Positions 62,605-64,000 of a DNA stretch of 64,000 nucleotides are shown here, piece by piece; position 1 is the stretch's first letter; every line of letters begins with the position of its first letter. A program made the translations under genes and the position numbers. Where the stretch lies: positions 35,817 through 99,816 of the forward strand of contig JBBIHH010000002.1 in assembly GCA_037447115.1 (NCBI GenBank), written 5' to 3'. This stretch comes from Acidobacteriota bacterium. GTDB taxonomy: Bacteria; Acidobacteriota; Polarisedimenticolia; Polarisedimenticolales; JBBIHH01. The notes under the pieces are model-generated. The model saw nothing but the letters and a program-made list of their open reading frames with translations, ran no database searches and was not told the DNA's origin.

Positions 62605-63216
62605 TCAGGCGCGGTTGCGGTACAGCTGCTGCTCCACGACCTCCGCCATGGCGCTCACCGCGGTTTCGGGGAGCCCCAGAAAGCCCGCGATGCGCCGTGC
62701 CTGCCCAGGCGGGTCGGCGAGGACCTCGCGGTAGTGCACCTCCAGGCACTCGAAGTGCGCGGCGTGTCGCAGCAGCTGCTGCACTTTCCACAGATGGTCT
62801 TGGAACAGCTCCATCATGCGAGCGTCCTCGGTGGTTTTGGGTTCCCCGCGCCGCTCGAGCATCTTGTTCTGCGAGGCGATGACCTCTTCCAGCTGGCGGT
62901 GCATGAAGAGCACGCGGTAGTTGTTCGTCGGCGGTAGCTCCTGCAGCAGATACGAGATCACCTTGAGCACCTTGCCCCGTGCCCCCTCGAGCCAGGACTT
63001 GTCCGGGTCGCGCGCCAGGTCCTTGACGCGCTCGTACTCGTAGTAGCCGCGGGGGTTGTCCTCATCGGGGGCGCGCACGCCGTCGGTGAAGATCTCGAGA
63101 CCTGCGGCCTCCAGCATGCGCATGGCCATGGAGGTTCCCGAGCGCGGCAGCCCCGACACGACCACCACGGGCGGTCCGTATCGCAGCCGGCGATAGAGGC
63201 GCTGCACGGTTCGCAC
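62605..63216 (-). CDS. sulfotransferase-family protein
   Basis: The 3' part of track ORF 62605..63765. The start is the GTG at 63216 or the TTG at 63219, after GGAGGA. It has a PAPS 5'-phosphosulfate loop (GLPRSGTS) and also reads RVLFMHRQLEEVIAS. Confidence 0.7.
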   Translation of the reverse strand: MRTVQRLYRRLRYGPPVVVVSGLPRSGTSMAMRMLEAAGLEIFTDGVRAPDEDNPRGYYEYERVKDLARDPDKSWLEGARGKVLKVISYLLQELPPTNNYRVLFMHRQLEEVIASQNKMLERRGEPKTTEDARMMELFQDHLWKVQQLLRHAAHFECLEVHYREVLADPPGQARRIAGFLGLPETAVSAMAEVVEQQLYRNRA

Positions 63217-63312
63217 CAAGACATCCTCCGCGGCCGACGGCGCGGTGGCCTCGAAGGCCGTATAGGATATAGGATTCAGGCTCGCGTGTCCGGAGCGTGG
63301 AGGTTGGAGAGG

Positions 63313-64000
63313 GTGCCATTTGAGGGGCGGCCGGTGCGGGGGTGGGGCGGCCCGCGGGCGCGGGTGCCCGCGTGGGTGGTCGCCCTCGCCGCCGTGCTCG
63401 CCGGCGCCACACCGCTGCATGCCTACATCGGCCCCGGGGCGGGCTTCGCCCTGCTGTCGTCGTTTCTCGTCCTGTTCACGACGATTCTCGTGGCGTTGCT
63501 CTCGCTCCTCGTCTGGCCCTTCCGTACCCTGTGGCGCGCCGTGCGGCGCCGGCGCAAGGCCAGGCCGCGGGCGCGGCGGCTGATCGTCGTCGGCCTCGAC
63601 GGGCAGTCCCCGGAGCTCACGGAGCGTTGGATGCGCGAGGGCAAGCTCCCCCACTTCGCCCGCCTGGCCCAGGAGGGCTGCTACCACCGGCTGGGCACCA
63701 CGTTCCCCTCGGTGTCTCCCGTGGCGTGGTCTTCCTTCAGCACGGGGACGCACCCGGCCAAGCACAACATCTACGACTTTCTCGACCGCGATCCGCGGAC
63801 GTATCTGCCACGGCTATCCTCGACGCGCATCGGGCGCGTCGAGCGCTTCCTCAGGCTCGGCCGCTACCGCGTGCCCCTGCAGCGCCCGGAGGTGCGCCTG
63901 TTGCGCAAGTCCAAGCCGTTCTGGACGATCCTCGGGGAGCACGAGATCTGGAGCACGGTGCTGCGCGTGCCCATCACGTTCCCCCCGGACCGCTTCTACG
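63313..64000 (+). CDS. alkaline-phosphatase-superfamily enzyme (type I phosphodiesterase/nucleotide pyrophosphatase-like); 3' end outside the window
   Basis: Not in the track because it is open at the window edge. The frame reads ..VPAWVVALAAVLAG.. (TM) ..LIVVGLDGQSPELTERWMREGKLPHFARLAQEG...FPSVSPVAWSSFSTGTHPAKHNIYDF. The start is uncertain (GTG at 63313, 63334 or 63364). Confidence 0.7.
   Translation, partial: MPFEGRPVRGWGGPRARVPAWVVALAAVLAGATPLHAYIGPGAGFALLSSFLVLFTTILVALLSLLVWPFRTLWRAVRRRRKARPRARRLIVVGLDGQSPELTERWMREGKLPHFARLAQEGCYHRLGTTFPSVSPVAWSSFSTGTHPAKHNIYDFLDRDPRTYLPRLSSTRIGRVERFLRLGRYRVPLQRPEVRLLRKSKPFWTILGEHEIWSTVLRVPITFPPDRFY

Overview
This is a high-GC (about 70% by eye, not computed) chromosomal segment of a diderm bacterium. 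It carries Kdo/LPS genes, a LolA-like gene, Tat export genes and an MqnA/MqnD-type gene; the lineage cannot be assigned from sequence alone. I can support about 60 protein genes, and found no rRNA, tRNA or CRISPR array. Many long ORFs in the supplied track are antisense or out-of-frame shadows of real genes, as expected at this GC content. Several real genes start at internal ATG/GTG codons inside longer track ORFs, and two edge genes (htpX at 1-694 and an AlkP-family gene at 63313-64000) are missing from the track because they are open at the window edge.

Layout:
- 1-7.8 kb: htpX, hsp20 and clpB, then pmbA, tldD and a hydrolase (minus strand).
- 7.9-15.5 kb: ykoF-like gene, dGTPase-like gene, glyA, dinG-like helicase, a CheY-like regulator, a GT2 gene and a serine hydrolase.
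- 15.5-25.3 kb: a decayed accessory segment. It holds an ECF sigma pseudogene, orphan ORFs and an rve transposase fragment. It also holds an A/T-richer block with an SBP-TRIC fusion, a VOC gene and a frameshifted sugar SBP. Two IS91/Y2-transposase-like fragments, each followed by a diverged ~190-bp direct repeat, bracket a thioredoxin-fold fragment and an SNF2 helicase that carries an in-frame TAG.
- 25.3-39.9 kb: polA, an HD-GYP regulator, a LolA-like gene, an HDAC-family gene, ygfZ-like, mqn-like, M20, EamA and MscS genes, then groES-groEL behind a CIRCE operator.
- 40.2-42.7 kb: an orphan ClpB-NBD2-like AAA+ gene translationally coupled to an unknown ORF.
- 42.7-64 kb: ctpA, tatA, tatC, LPS-core genes, a large DUF4388 protein, the kdsB-pyrG-kdsA-kdsD-kdsC operon, an NtrC/PAS-kinase pair, usp, nadA, nadB, a sulfotransferase and an AlkP-family gene.

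The best candidates for something new are the SBP-TRIC channel fusion and the AAA+/unknown two-gene module. Both calls rest on motif recognition by eye and need HMM and structure searches.
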